Made by a program: the position numbers and the translations under genes. Of a DNA stretch of 64,000 bases, positions 38,282-53,086 are shown piece by piece. The notes beneath the pieces are model-generated. The model saw only the letters and a program-made list of their open reading frames with translations. It did no database searches and was not told where the DNA came from. Each line of letters begins with the position of its first letter. Position 1 is the stretch's first letter. The stretch is from Balanoglossus misakiensis. Lineage: Eukaryota > Animalia > Hemichordata. The DNA lies in assembly GCA_040954595.2 (NCBI GenBank), contig CM082585.2, positions 2,758,902 through 2,822,901 of the forward strand. Direction: 5' to 3'.

Positions 38282-41200
38282 TTAATATAAGAATCCTTTG
38301 GAATCAGTCTGCATTTTCTCGGCAGATTTTTATTGAAAATAATAGTTTTATCGACAGTCACAAGCTGAGTACAACCAGAGTTTTGATCGGATTGTTTATT
38401 TACAAAAAATATGGAAAAGTCCAAACAAGCATAAAAAATAGAAAATTTATGATATGAGCTCAAAACATGCAGGACTTTGAAGTCGTCATGCATACAAATT
38501 TATAAAGCAATTTGCCCAGTAGTTGATGAGTTTAGACCAATTTAACGTTTTTCAAGCTCATTTGCACATTTTTGGCCATGACAACTTAAACAAAATTATA
38601 TCTACAGAACAGCCTTTACACTCCAAATATTGCGGCTATAAGTTTTTGTTGTGGATGGACATAGATACAGAAGCAGCTGAATCGCATAAGGTCCCAGTGG
38701 TATACACATATATTGAATGGGGCCTACAAAGATTGACTAAATTTACAATCAATCTGACAAGTAGTTTCAAACAATTTTTGATGAAAAGTTGCAAAATTTC
38801 CCAAAAGTTTCACCAAATTTCACACCAACAGTTTACTTAGGTTTACACCCCTCGCCTGAGTAGGAACATACCTTCCAAATTTCAAAGCTATCTGACAAAA
38901 AGTTTCAGAAAAACGATTTTCGACTCGGAATGGCAAAAATTGACCAAATATTACAAATATGCAAAACTGGCAACAATTTGCGCCAAACTAACTAAGATCA
39001 CAAAATGAAGGAAAAAAATCTCCAATGAGTTGAAATGAGAAATCCATGTACACAAACATTTGTGAAATACTTCCCCTATACCCTTAATACAATTAGGTAC
39101 CCTATTCAAATAGTCATAATCAACCCACTTCTTGATCGTGGAGGACAGCACTACATAAAGGTTACCAAGTGGAGAATATTCATCCGACAAGTGATTATTA
39201 GAGGTGTGCATAATAAACCAACGGTGGATTGCTGCCCCAATAAAATTGAGAGGGTGAATTAACTATTTGATTAAAAACAGTAACATATAAACTGGCTATG
39301 AAGCATGTATACAACAAGTTGTGGTTACCGAAAAAAGGTACTTGACGGGGCCGCAAGGGTCTTTAACATAGGGTCCAAGGTCTTCTCCCCCTCCTGCACA
39401 GCCTAATGATGACCATTTAAGACAGTCCACCTGTGAATCAAATATATGTGCATGTTTATAAGTAACCAATCACAAACTTGCATTATGTCATACTAATAAG
39501 TCAAAATATGCAGAACATGGTATAATGTAGGGTCAAGGCAGTGTTGTGACAATGCATAACAATAGAATACTTAGCAGATAAATCTGTGAAACAGCAATTT
39601 TGAAACTCCATTTACATCTGACTAAGTAATAGTACTGCAGAGTATAGAAGCTCCATATGGGTATTCTCTTACATGGCAATCAGGTGACAAATGATATTTA
39701 TGTGTAAACAACAAAAACATGCACACAGACTTAATAACACTGTACCTAAAACATACCCACCCATGGACGGCAAACAAATAATTAAATTCAAGGCGCCTAT
39801 ATACAATTATAGCTATGGGTAATTCTGCCAATTCTAAATGTGTCCAAACTGAATTTATGTCCAGTTCATTCACCTCATCATAATCACATTACAGGAAATC
39901 AATAATGCCCTAAAAAAGCAAATATAGATGAACTCATGCTTACCAGAAAGTAGTCTTAACCAAGCTTCAGCGCACAGGAGAACGAGAAACCCTGGACCAG
40001 TTGAAATTGCGACAATCATGGCTTCCATCTGTGAATGAAATATGCATAGCAGTTAGTAACAAATCATAAACCTGTAGGTCGCAATATATGGGATGTGATA
40101 TAAGGGAGTGTTGAGAATATACTTCCCAAGGAATTGAGGTGGCTGTAGGATTTCCAGGGGGCCATCGATTTTTTTACATGAGAAATTGGGGGGGGGGGGC
40201 ACATAACACCAGACTTTTAGGGATGACTATGAAAAAATAGCGTCAAGGACACTGTGGTCCCATTTGAGGATTACACGGAATTAGTTATAGACAAGAATAA
40301 AAATCACATGCGACACTTGCAAGCAGATATGACCTAACCATATATAAATATGAAAATGTAAAAAAATTAACAAGGACCATGCCCAATAGACTGTCATGTG
40401 TCATGGCAGTCTTACAAGTGATGCAAGAAAAATTTATGTTTGACCAAAAATTGTGTGTAGAAACACACATGACAAGCAACTTCTTACAGTCAGCCCTTGG
40501 ACAGACTGACAGACATTCAATAGCTAATGGTCTCTGTAACAGCTGGCCTATTAAGTTATGTAAACATGTAGTGTAAACAGTCTCGGGGTACAAATACCTT
40601 GTAAACAGTAACTTTCAATGCAACTGGACATGAGTTTAGAAGATTTGCTAACCAAAATCAATAATTTGCAAAAAACTCGCTAAATATTTGTTCAAAAGTG
40701 GCAAAAACACATACAAGCAAATATCACCAAAATTGTTCAAAATCCTAACTTCAATCACCACAAGGAACATGCCTGCCAAAAAGCGAATCAATCAAAGCAA
40801 TCTGACAAGCGGTTTCAGAGGGGAAAAATAACAAAAAAATTATCATCAAAATTATAAATATGTAATTTTTTGCAATAATTTGAACAAAACCATGGTTGCT
40901 CAGACAACCTATAAGAAGCTTCATACTAAATTTCAAAGAAGTAGGCCGATCACTTTCAGAAATGAAGATTTTTTACCAATAATGTTGAAAAATTAATATA
41001 AACAAATGCATCAAAAATAGAAAATCAATATTAGCTCTAAACATACAGGACTGTTTGAGGTAGACATAAGGTACCTGCATACCAATTTCCAAATTAATCT
41101 GATTAGTAGTTGGTGAGTTTGAGTTTTGACCCATTTCAAATTTTTCCACCTAATTTGCATATTTTTTAAAGTCAATGACAACTCCATTTGAAGAAACTCC

Positions 41201-44200
41201 CTTTCACAGCCCAGCATGCATCTACACACCAAATATCAAGGTGATACACGCAGCGGTTTTCAAGTTTTTGATGTGGACGGATATACAGACATACATCCAT
41301 CCATACATACAGACGCAACTGATTCCATTAGGTCCCAAATGGGACCTAAAAGTTCAAAGCAACCTGACAAGCGCTTTCAGAGAAAAAAGTTTTTGATAAA
41401 AATTGTACAAAAATTCCCCAATAACACAAGCACGCAATTTTAAGCATATTTTACATCTTACTTGGGTTACCCCCTAGGAATCTGCGTACCAAATTTCAAA
41501 GCATTCTGAGCAAAAATGGCAAAAATTGTTCAAAATTAAAAATGCCAATTTTACAACAATTTCGATTTGAACAAAACTATGGTAACTCGGACCACCTATA
41601 GGCAGCTTCATACTATATTTTGAAGGAGTCAGTCTATCGCTTTCAGAAATTAAGATGTTTTTACCAATAATGCAGAAAAAGACAAAACGATAAAAAATAG
41701 AAAATTCATAATATTAGCTCAAACCTACAGGACAGTATGGCGTTTATTGACATATTTATATGAATATGGATAGCGTATGATGGGGGAGGGAGTATAAATT
41801 CTGAGGGTGTCATCAATTTTTTGTCATAACTTTTGGGGGGCATATAAAAAAATAACCTAAAATGTAGGAAATCCTACACCCCCCCCCCAAGCTTTCATTC
41901 TTGCCAACAACTTTTTATAAAGGCCTCTGCAGTTTTGAAAGAAAGATTGCCTGCTATGTTAGACTATCAATCTACAGAGGGGATGAAAAATCCTATGTGA
42001 AGTGTCCAGTTTTTGATCAACTTCCGTAAGTTTCAACAGGTAAAAATATACCCGTAAATGTTTATCAACTTCACTACGTCTGAAACAGTATGCTTGCAAA
42101 TGTATTAATATAGTCAGATAACATGAATAGTGAAGATAGCAAAACAAACAGGTTTATGCTTATGGCCATACCTACTGTTAGCGATTGAGATGTTGTACAT
42201 AGCAAATTATTGTTTGGAGTTATGATCAACATGTTTTTATTGCATAAAGTCTCTTTATTGCATGTTTCGTTTTACTCTGGAGAGAAATCTGTCCAAAGAC
42301 GTTTACAGACTTGATGGGGATGATTTTGAATAGTGTTCTCAAAAACCTGCAATTTCATGCCCTATATTATGAAGTTGAGGAGGGGGTTGTATTCCTAGTA
42401 GGATGTTGAAATCACTGGAGAGAAACCATGTCAGTATAAAAAATTGCTAGGGGTGGTATCAAAGTTTGAAGATATCCAACATGATAAAATCAGTGTCCAC
42501 ACAAGTTTTAAGCAGCTTGCAGGACTGTAAATAGCAAGTAATTCAAGTGTGTGTTTTTCAACCCAACATAACAAGTGGACTGATGAACTGACTAATGATC
42601 TCTGAAATGCCTAAATGTTTTTGGACATTGGCTAATCAAGGGGCTAAAAGTGTCTAATGGGAGACCTGTTCGAGACGATTTTGTGATATCAAGAAACCAT
42701 GGAATACCTGCTCAAAAATTTTGAGTGACCTGCCACTGGGTAATTCAAAATAGAATAGCTGGTGGTCTGTGTAAAAGCTGGCATATTAAATTTACGTAAA
42801 CATGTGGTGAATACAGTCTAAGTTGGGTATACCATCACCTTGTTAACATACAGTAACTTTCAAAGAAACTGGGCAATTGGTTCAAGAGAAGATTTGCTAT
42901 CCAAAAACAAAGAATTTATAACAAAACTACCTAAATATTAAAAACCAGACTTTAATAAAAGTCGCACATACAGGTACATGTGTTATGAAATTGTAAACTA
43001 ACTTCCAAAGCAATCAGAAAAAATAGTATTACCCCTAGGAATATTCCTACCAAATCAAAAGAACAGTTTCAAAGAAAAACACATTTGTTCAAAAGTGGCA
43101 AAAACACAAATATGCAAAAATCACTATAATTGTACACCATCTTATTTTAATCACTACAAGGAACATTTCTGCCAAAGTTTGAGATTTGGGGACCTAACCC
43201 ACCATAAATTGCAACAGAATTTTTTTCTTCAGAATATATTTTGGAGAGGTGTCTAGATTAATTGAACCCGAATCCACCTTGTAGAAATATTTCTAATTTG
43301 CATACATTTAATATTGAAAATTTTGGGGCCAAATATCAAGAAATAAACACGACCTTTTCTATGATTTTAAAGTATAACAATATTTCATGTACATTAAGAA
43401 CCATCTTGAAGTAATATTTGACATGGGCAGATTTCATAATTTGCATAAATTCAATATGCTGAACAGTATTCCTAGAGTCCCATATTTGGGCTGTATATTG
43501 GGTATTACACAAGCTATTTTAGTGTTTTTATTCAAAACTATCTCTATGACATTTGGAACAATTTTGAAAAAAAAAAAAAAGTTTACGTTTGCACTTTATA
43601 TTTTGAATAAATTCAATATGGCCACCAAATGAATGTTCTACAGCTTATCATACTCCAGCATATGTAATATAACCTCATACTAAATTTAGAAGGATTCAGA
43701 CTATCGCTTTCAGAAGTGAAGATTTTTTTTGCCAATAATGTGGAAAAAGAAAAAAAAATTAATAAACATTAGAAAATTCATAATATTAGCTCAAAACATA
43801 CATGACTGTATGGGTTCATTGACATACCAATTTTCAGATCAATCTGACCAGTGGTTGTCGAGTTTCTGACTTTTGACCAAATTTCTCATTTTCACAGGTA
43901 ATACTTTCGGCAATGACAACCTCATTTGAACAAAATCCCATCTACAGCCCCGACTGCATCTACACACTAAATACGGAAGTGATACGCGCAGCGGTTTTCA
44001 TCCATTCACTCCATACATACAAATGCAACTGATTCCTCGGGTCCCAATCATATACATGCACATAAACCAAATGGGACCTAAAAATTGCTCCAAAATTATA
44101 AATACCCAAATTTTGGCAATAATTTAAACAAAACTAAGGTTGGTAACACAGATCACCTATGAAGCTTCATACTAATTATCAAACAAGTCAGCTGATCAAT

Positions 44201-44807
44201 TCCAGAAAAGTAGATTTTTTACTGCTAATGTGGAAAGAAACAAAAAATGCATAAAAAAAAATCACATTATTATAGTCAGGTGGAGATTTGAGAAATTGTG
44301 ACCCCCTCTGGCATTTTTTGGTACAAGCAAACCAAATATGTTTTTTGGTCAATTCGACTACGCTGATTTCGAAAATGCCTGTTCCCAAAAGATCTTTTTG
44401 AGATAAGAGCCTCGTTTTGGCAAATCAAAATGGTCGCCAAGGATCGCAATTCTCACATGAATAGCATCAAAGAAATGTTCACGTACCTCCTTAAACAATG
44501 AAACTAAACTACATGTTTACATCAACAACTTTTTTGGTTGTATAAACACAAAATAGCAACAATAAAACAATAATTATGCAAAAATTTGCATATTGTATGA
44601 ATAATTCGTTGATTTTTGGCTACCTAATAATAATAAAGCTAGGTGTAACAGTACATGTACTGAAAACTCACAAGCATTGGAAAAAATTACCTTTTCTTTA
44701 TTTTAATAAAGGACTTAAACCTTGTTCAAAACAATACTTCAAGTGTGAAGTTCATTTTGAGACAAGAGCCTCGATGTGGCAATTCAATATGGCCGTCTAA
44801 AGCCCCG

Positions 44808-47013
44808 TAGTGGAGCGGCCAAACCCTAATTTTCATAGCGATTGTGCATTTTGTGATAAAAGCACCAAACTTGGCTCAGATGTGTGTTAATGTGTACTAA
44901 ATAAATTCAGATAGGGAGCCACTAAATATCTGTTGATGAGTTTCCATGGCAACCAATTTTTCAAAATGGCCACCAATACAGATAATTTCACCCACCAAAT
45001 AACATCTGCAAACACCAAAATAAATTTAGATTACTATATTTGATACAAGGAACTGTGGAAAGAATGATTTGCAAAGATATTATGGTTACTAAACTACTTA
45101 TAGGGGTAAGTAAGTTATCAAAACACAATTTAAAGGCACAACTTTTAATCCCTTTCGGATTAATAGGTGCTCCTCTAGAAGTCAAACCATACTGTCTATG
45201 GTCAAACATTAGGCTAATTGCGATATTTAACTTGCAGTACGTAAATTACACATATGAATCACAACAGTTTACCACCTTAGCTAATGATAATCATATAAAC
45301 AGATCACCGATATATTCGAATTGCACACGGATGTGGGCTTGGCTTACTCGTGACTGGTAAAATTTCCTTATCAACTTGATAGGAGAGTCCACTGCCCGAA
45401 ATAGACGTTGATCCAAACTGAGTCCGCGGTCGTCGCGTTTATTGGTCGACAGACATAGGGCCTCAAACGCAATGCAATCTAAATGGACCCCGGGTAACGA
45501 ACCACGCGGCTTTGTTTCGACCACAATCGCCACCGCAGCGTTGACAACGTTTTTTCGGGGCGTTAATGTTTGTCAAAATGCCATAGGAAATTAAAGAAAC
45601 TTAAGTCAAATTGCTGAAACGTTAATAATCGACCATATGTCTTGATACTTTAGATCATGTATCAGTTCCACTCCAGCAATTTTGGCGACTGTTAACAGAG
45701 TTGACCAAAAGATAAATGGTGTCTATGATTCCAAACTCATAAAAATTACACCGGAGGACACAACATTATTTTATTTGTCGAGAATAGTGTCCATCATGCC
45801 ATAAATATTGTCAAAAATGTGTGTTAATTATAGAAACCCAACTAAATATACAAGCAGTTGGCCTTTAGATTGGTAAATGGAAAAACAGGTCTTATTGCAA
45901 TTTTCTGGGATTAGGTGCCCCAAGGCTCCCAACAAGTCACTTGGAATGTACTTCCATTCTAATATCTCAATGTGTAAAGATCTGACTTTGCAAGAGATAT
46001 TACGGAAAACTTCATTTCATTTAATAGCATGAAGTAAGCGAAATCTTACTCTTTACAGAAAAGCTGTGATCCTGAAGACTTTTGGTGTTTTGAAGCTTAT
46101 TTTCACTTTATCATTTTATTCTTTTGGGGGTTCACAAATACACAAAATAACATGTCAAAATAGAACTGCTGACTATCATCAAGGTGTGATTAAAATTATC
46201 GATAACATGAGCAATACAAAGCACTTCAAGCGACTTCATCAAAACGCTTTCCGAAGGACAAGTATTGGATGAAAAGTTTGAAACAGATTTTGATTTTGAT
46301 TCCTAACATCTATCTATGTACATGCACCCTAGACATAGTTAGTTTCTATAGTAACTTTAACAAACCAATCGACTGTCATGATACTGGATTTCTGCCATCA
46401 TTTTATGGGGAAGTGATTCTTTATCTGCATGAATCATTTGATGAAGATAAAATAGAAAAGCTGGATTCTGCACTGATTCAAACTGGTCAGATCAATTTAT
46501 AAGGTTGAGAAACAAGATGCCGTTTTTTCCTGGGTTGACTAAATTTGGAATTTTGTTCATCAAAGATATTTTTATGGGGAAAATAACGAATCAACTGAGC
46601 TTTACTTGTTAAACTTTTATCACAAAATGCCCAAATGTTACGAAAATTGTGTTTATGCCAGGCCACTATTATAATATATATATGGTTATACAGTGTTTTA
46701 AATAAGTTTGTTGTAACCGGGGTTATTACCAAACTTGAATTTGTTTAGCGACTGAATCTCGATCCTGTATTTACCCCTATAACTAGTTTAGTGATGATAT
46801 ATATTTTGAAAATTTGAGCAGTTTCTTGTTTCAAATATTGTAATATGAATTTATTGTGGTGTTTTATAATTGTTATTTTGCGGGTGAGATTATCTGTATT
46901 GGCGGCCATTTCGCAAAAATGAAAAAAATGATTGCCATGGAAACTCATCAACAGATATTGTGGCTCGCTATCTGAATTTGTTTAGTACACATTAACGCAC
47001 ATCTGAGCCAAGT
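44808..47013. mobile_element. Second Academ-like non-autonomous element (TAGTGGAGCGGC family), right end truncated, nested in 44273-48539
   Basis: Closely similar to 53087-55120; long imperfect TIR (44870-45010 vs 46870-47012). Confidence 0.78.
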
Positions 47014-47829
47014 ACGACACCCAAGTGGATTAAACATACATGTATATATGTTGCCTCACTGACACAATCTTCACTTTGCACACAGTATCATATATAAAAA
47101 CGTAATAAAAATACACATTACTCTTTACTTATGAAGAGAAATTGTTGTTAGAGACCGGGTTTCAATAAAACACCGAGGACGTCGGGCCATCAGTGTGCAT
47201 TCAACGTCTTATAACTAAGCATGAATATACGGTGCTGGCATAATGTGAGTGTGGCCATACGATGCTTTCGCTATTAATGAACAACTTGTACGTTAACAAA
47301 TGCCAGTTTTGTTGGCAAAAAGTATGTTTTTGGCTTTTCACAACATTTAACATACATTCATAGTTCAATAACTTGTGAATTGTGGACCTAAACGTTCATA
47401 CGTTCAATGTTCTGGTGTTTTTTTAAACGGAGCGATCGGTCACGATGTTACCAACGAGCATGTACAGTCTAAACTAAATCCTCGTTGTGTATGTTTCTTT
47501 GTTTGTTTTTTGTTGTTTTTTACATGCTATTACATAGAAAATATGAAAAGTTTCATTTCAGTTATTCATTAAAATGCAAACATTTGCCAAAAAACATGTG
47601 AATAGACACCTCACAGGCCATAGTCGTATCATTAGCTTTCAATTGTCAATTTTAGCATGACATCGTGAGTAATTAAGCTAATTTTGCATATTTTCCATGC
47701 TGCTCCTTGTCTGACAAGGTAATCGATTGCATATTTGAATTCCTTGACCCTGAAAACATTGCAATAGACACCTCACTTAACACTGTTGGCTCTCTTTTAT
47801 AGACCATTGATTTTAGATGGGCGTGTCAC

Positions 47830-48535
47830 CTAATTAACATAAATTAGCATTTTACCAATTCACAAAATGTTTCTAAATTAAAAAAATTGTTTAAAAATAT
47901 TTAAATGAATATAAGAATATGATTTCAATAGACTATTATGGTGTTGACCTGTGATATTGCACCATAATGGCTACAAACAGCGTTTTCTTTTAGGTATTTT
48001 GAAATTATAACGTCACAAATTAATTTGCCATTTTCGACATGAAAACGTGAAAAGAATGTTTGGGAACAGGCAAATTCGAAATCAGCGTATTCGAAATATC
48101 CAAAAACAACTTGTTCCCAGCTTGTACCAAAAAAAATGCCTGACATGCTTTTAAAATGCTCATTTTCTGAAATTTCCACCTGGACCTAATTAACATAAAT
48201 TAGCATTTTACCAATTCACAAAATGTTTCTAAATTAAAAAAATTGTTTAAAAATATTTAAATGAATATAAGAATATGATTTCAATAGACTATTATGGTGT
48301 TGACCTGTGATATTGCACCATAATGGCTACAAACAGCGTTTTCTTTTAGGTATTTTGAAATTATGCGACACAAATTAATTTGCCATTTTCGACATGAAAA
48401 CGTGAAAAGAATTTTTGGGAACAGGCAAATTCGAAATCAGCGTATTCGAAATATCCAAAAACAACTTGTTCCCAGCTTGTACCAAAAAATGCCTGACATG
48501 CTTTTAAAATGCTCATTTTCTGAAATTTCCACCTG
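47830..48535. repeat. ~356-bp direct duplication of the right subterminal region of the 44273-48539 element
   Basis: cctaattaacataaattagc...gaaatttccacctg at 47829-48182 and again at 48185-48535. Confidence 0.9.
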
Positions 48536-51500
48536 ACTATTAGCCCACAACATATAGAATTGTGTAAGGTTAACGTAAGGTACATGCATACCAATTTTCA
48601 ATTTTGAAAGCAATTTGCCCAGTAGTTGTCGAGTTTCAGAGTTGACGAATTAGACACTTTCCCAGTTAATTTGCATATTTTGGCAATGACAACTTCATTT
48701 AGACAAACTCCCATCTACCCCTGTGCCTGCATCTCCACACTAAATATCAAGGTTTCCAAGTGTTTGATGTTGACGGACATACAAACATCCATACATACAT
48801 CAGGTGCAACTGATCCAATAAGGTCCCATGGTATAAATACAAATACCAAATGGGACCTAACAATTCTGATAAAATGCCTACATAGCTAGTGTAAAAACAC
48901 TTGTACCTTCAACGCCCTTGGACAACACATTTTTGTAACTTCCCCAGATCAATGGCTAATATGACTTTCCAAAGGCGACTAAAATTTGGGGGTGGGTGGG
49001 TGGGGGGGGGGGCCTGATGCAAATTCTGATACATGTACTTCATGATTTAGAGATATGGTGAAAATCCTGTCAACCAAATTACAGGGAAATCAGATTTTCC
49101 ATGTAAAATCATATCACCCAAAAATGTCAAAAGTGTCGAAAATAATTTTGAAACAAAAAGTCTACTCAAAATCATACCAAAATTTAAAGTTTAATGCAGT
49201 TGGGCAAGTAATTTGAGAATGAGGAAATTTACAAAATAATTTATAAATAATTTACAAATGCCGCACACAAACTTACAATTACTACCATGGTACCAGCAGA
49301 GACATTAGCATCGAGCAATCCCCAAGATATACATGACATGGTCTAATTACAAATATTGAATATGTAAAATAAGTACACTTCCAGTCTTTCAGTACAGTCA
49401 GCTGCTTGTGAACAATTTGCAGGTAGGTATTTCATCAAATTTACAGACCAAGTCATGCCTATACAATTCTCCCCTGAAATACGTTTTAAGCTACCCTAAG
49501 TGAGTGATGAAAATCTCATATTGTCGACAATTTCAAGATGGCCGATTTTTGCCATGTTAAAGAAATGGGAGTTCATAAGCTAAAGTGATAATGGGTCATT
49601 CTTGAACTTTTTAACAGAAAAAATAACAAAATGTGAAAAAAGTTTAATGAGTTTAATATGCTAACTACAGAGAACGACATGTTTGACCAAAGCATGAAAT
49701 ACAAAAAATGTATCATTTCTTCCATCTCTTACTACAGTGGGTTGTGGACTTTTCGCCCAGAATGCAATGTGATTTGACCCCCTAGCGCATAGTGAAAACC
49801 TATTTAAGGCAGCCAGAATGTTCTGCACTGTATGACGGGAAACATTTGTAAAGTCATGGCTAGCGTGGGCTGGTAAGTTTATGGGACTCTCCATGATAAC
49901 CGATTGTGGCTTGCCACCACCATAATTTTGAAAGGGCGACTTCACTGTTTGATGGGAAAAGGTAGCATTTACAAACAAGCTATGGAGCATGTATACAGCA
50001 AGTTGTGCTTACCGGAAAGCGGTCTTGGAAAAGGCCTAGGTATTCTCTTCCTCCTCCGGCATACGTTGAAATGCTGTGTTTAAGACTGTGAATCAAATAT
50101 ATGCAAATATTAATTAGTAACCAATCAACTTTGTTTTAGAATTATGTGGGCCATACTAATTAGTGAAAATATGCAAAACATGGTATAATGTACGGTCAGA
50201 CTGTGCTGCGATAATGTACAACAGTGGAATACGTCGATCTTAAAACTCCATTTACATCAGTACTGCAGTAAAGTGGTCCACATGGGTATATACCCCAAAC
50301 ATTGCAATTAGGTGACAACTGAAACTGACATGATATCAGATTCTGTAAATGACAGAAGGTGTACACGCACTTTGACATCTATGTAACACTGTACAATGAT
50401 TTCTTTGTTTGTTGTGAAAATGAAACTTGCATTTGATCCATCTCACTTTTCATACAACTGATTAGCATAAGAATGTACATTGTTGGCAATTATAAAACAT
50501 TTATTTAAGTATAGAAAAGTAAGCCTTAAAATTTAAACTTTAAATATCAGTATACTAAAATGTTTCAAACGTGGCTGTCAGTATATCTCATGGCGTGGTG
50601 GCGGAAGTAGATGTTGTTACCAGGGAAGACATATTGAACACAGACAAGCCCAATAGTCGCTTGGTGATTTTTTATCTTTATAAAGATTCTCAAAACTTTT
50701 TGTGCATTTAGTAGCTTTGAGCAAGTTTCTGGTACTGATCAGATTTCCGAATTCAGGACTGCGCTTCTCTGGCTTTGGTCACCATCAGCCAATGTGATCT
50801 TACGCACACATTTTTGAAAAAAAAATCCAGCCTGTTTGTGTCATGATTTATATTTTTCTTTGCGGCCTAAGGTATTGTTTTATTTCACTCTAAACAACAT
50901 TACTTTCCTTCATGTGTCTATACATAATAATAGATCTCTTAGCCAGTTTGATTAAGCATGGTGTTGGACTAGCACACTTTCAGCCAAAGTTACGGTATCT
51001 CCCTGTGTATTGATATGGGAGTAATTTCTAGCTATATGGTTAAGGAAATGCATCCAAATTTAATTTATGCATCACATGAAGATTTGAACTTGACCATTTA
51101 ATTCATGTCATCACGATCATATCACAGGCAATCGAGGCCAGAATTCGAAGGGAAAAAAAAAGTATTGATAACTGGAATGTGTAAATTAGTTCGTAGACAT
51201 ACAAATTGCTTCCTATTGCTTCGGTTGCAACGCCCGATAAAAGCAAATATATAGCAAGTCATGCTTACCATTGAGCGGTCTTAAACTCGCCCCAGACGAG
51301 GAAGAGAATCCTGAGTTGAAATGCAGGCAATCTCAGGCAGCATCTGAGAATCAAATAGACCTAGAAGTTAGTAACCAGTCATAGTAGCTCTAAGTTGGAT
51401 GTAAAAGTCTAAGTTGGGTGTACCAACTCACCTTGTTAACAGTAACTTTCAAAGAAACTGGGCAATTGGTTCAAGAGAAGATTTGCTATCCAAAAACAAA

Positions 51501-53086
51501 GAATTTACAACAAAACTACCTAAATATTAAAAACCAGACTTTAATAAAAGTCGCACATACAGGTACATGTGTTATGAAATTGTAAACCAACTTCTAAAGC
51601 AATCAGAAAAAAAATTTGGGTTACCCCTAGGAATTTTCCTACCATATTTCAAAGCCATCAAAAAAGCAGTTTCAAAGAAAAACACATTTGTTCAAAAGTG
51701 GCAAAAACACAAATATGCAAAAATCACTATAATTGTACACCATCTTACTTCAATCACTACAAGGAACATTCCTGCCAAAGTTCAAAGCAACCAGACAACG
51801 GTTTGAACGTTTTCAGAGAAAACAGTTTTTGACAAAGATTGCATAAAATATCTCCAAATAAGACAAAGATGGAGTTTTAACCATTTTTAAGACATCTCAC
51901 TTGGGTTACCCCTGGGAATCTGCCTACCAAATTGCAAAGCATTCTGACCAAAATTGGCATAATTGCTCAAAATTATAAATATGCCTATTTTACAACAATC
52001 TGAACAAAAAATATGGTAACTCGGACCACCTATAGGAAGCTTCATACTAAATTTCGAAGGAGTCGGACTATCGCTTTCAGAAGTGAAGATTTTTTTACCA
52101 ATAATTTGGAAAAAGACAAAAAATTAATAAACATTAGAAAATTCATAATATTAGCTCAAAGCATACAGGACTGTATGGGGTTTATTGACATACAAGTTTT
52201 CAGATCAATCTGACCAGTGGTTGCTGAGTTTCTGACTTTTGACCAATTTCACATTTTCACAGGTAATACTTTTGGCAATGGCAACCTCATTTGAACAAAA
52301 TCCCATCTACAGCCCCGCCTTCATCTACACACTAAATATGGAAGTGATATGCACAGCAGTTTTCATCCGCTCATCCATACATACAGATGCAAGTCATTCC
52401 ATAAGGTCCCAATCGTATATATATATATACACAAACCAAATGCCATGGGACCTAAAAATTGCTACACAATTAAAATACACAAATTTTGCAACACTTTAAT
52501 CAAAACTATGGTAACTCAGATCACCTGCGAAGCTTCATACTAAATTTCAAACAAGTCAGCTGATCAATTCCAGAAAAGTAGATTTTTTACCGATAATGTG
52601 GAGACAAAAAATGCATAAACATTGGAAATTCACATAAGCTGACAACATAAAGGGCTGTGTGAGGTTACTATAAGGTACATGCATATCAATTTTCAATTTT
52701 TAAAGCAATTTACCCAGTAGTTTTTGAGTTCCTCAGTTTTGACAAATTTGACACTTTCCCAGCTCACTTGCATATTTTGGCAATGACAACTTCATTTAGA
52801 CAAACTCCCCCCTACTGCCTTGCCTGCATCTCCACACTAAATATCAAGGTCACACGCCAGTAGTTTCCAAATGTTTGATGTTGATGGACATACAGACAAA
52901 CATCCATACAGACATCCATACATACAGGTGCAACTGATCCTGTAAGGTCCCATGGTATAAATACATATACCAAACGGGACCTAATAATTTTAATAAAATG
53001 CCTTCATAGCTAGTGTAAAAACCACTTGTACCTTCAACGTGCTTGGACAACACATTTTTGTAACTTTCCCAGATCAATGGCTAATA

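Larger units (their letters stand above)
44273..48539. mobile_element. Non-autonomous TIR transposon (Academ-like) containing a nested element
   Basis: TIRs TAGTCAGGTGGAGATTTGAGAAA...TTTCTGAAATTTCCACCTGACTA, 3-bp TSD TTA; empty site in the paralogous copy near 52635. Confidence 0.8.

Noticed and set aside
39944-40028. Signal-peptide-like exon MEAMIVAISTGPGFLVLLCAEAWLRLLS
   Set aside because: The same frame contains a stop in paralogous exons B1 and B2 and exon lengths are not frame-conserved; base-pairing explains the conservation better, though a small peptide is not excluded
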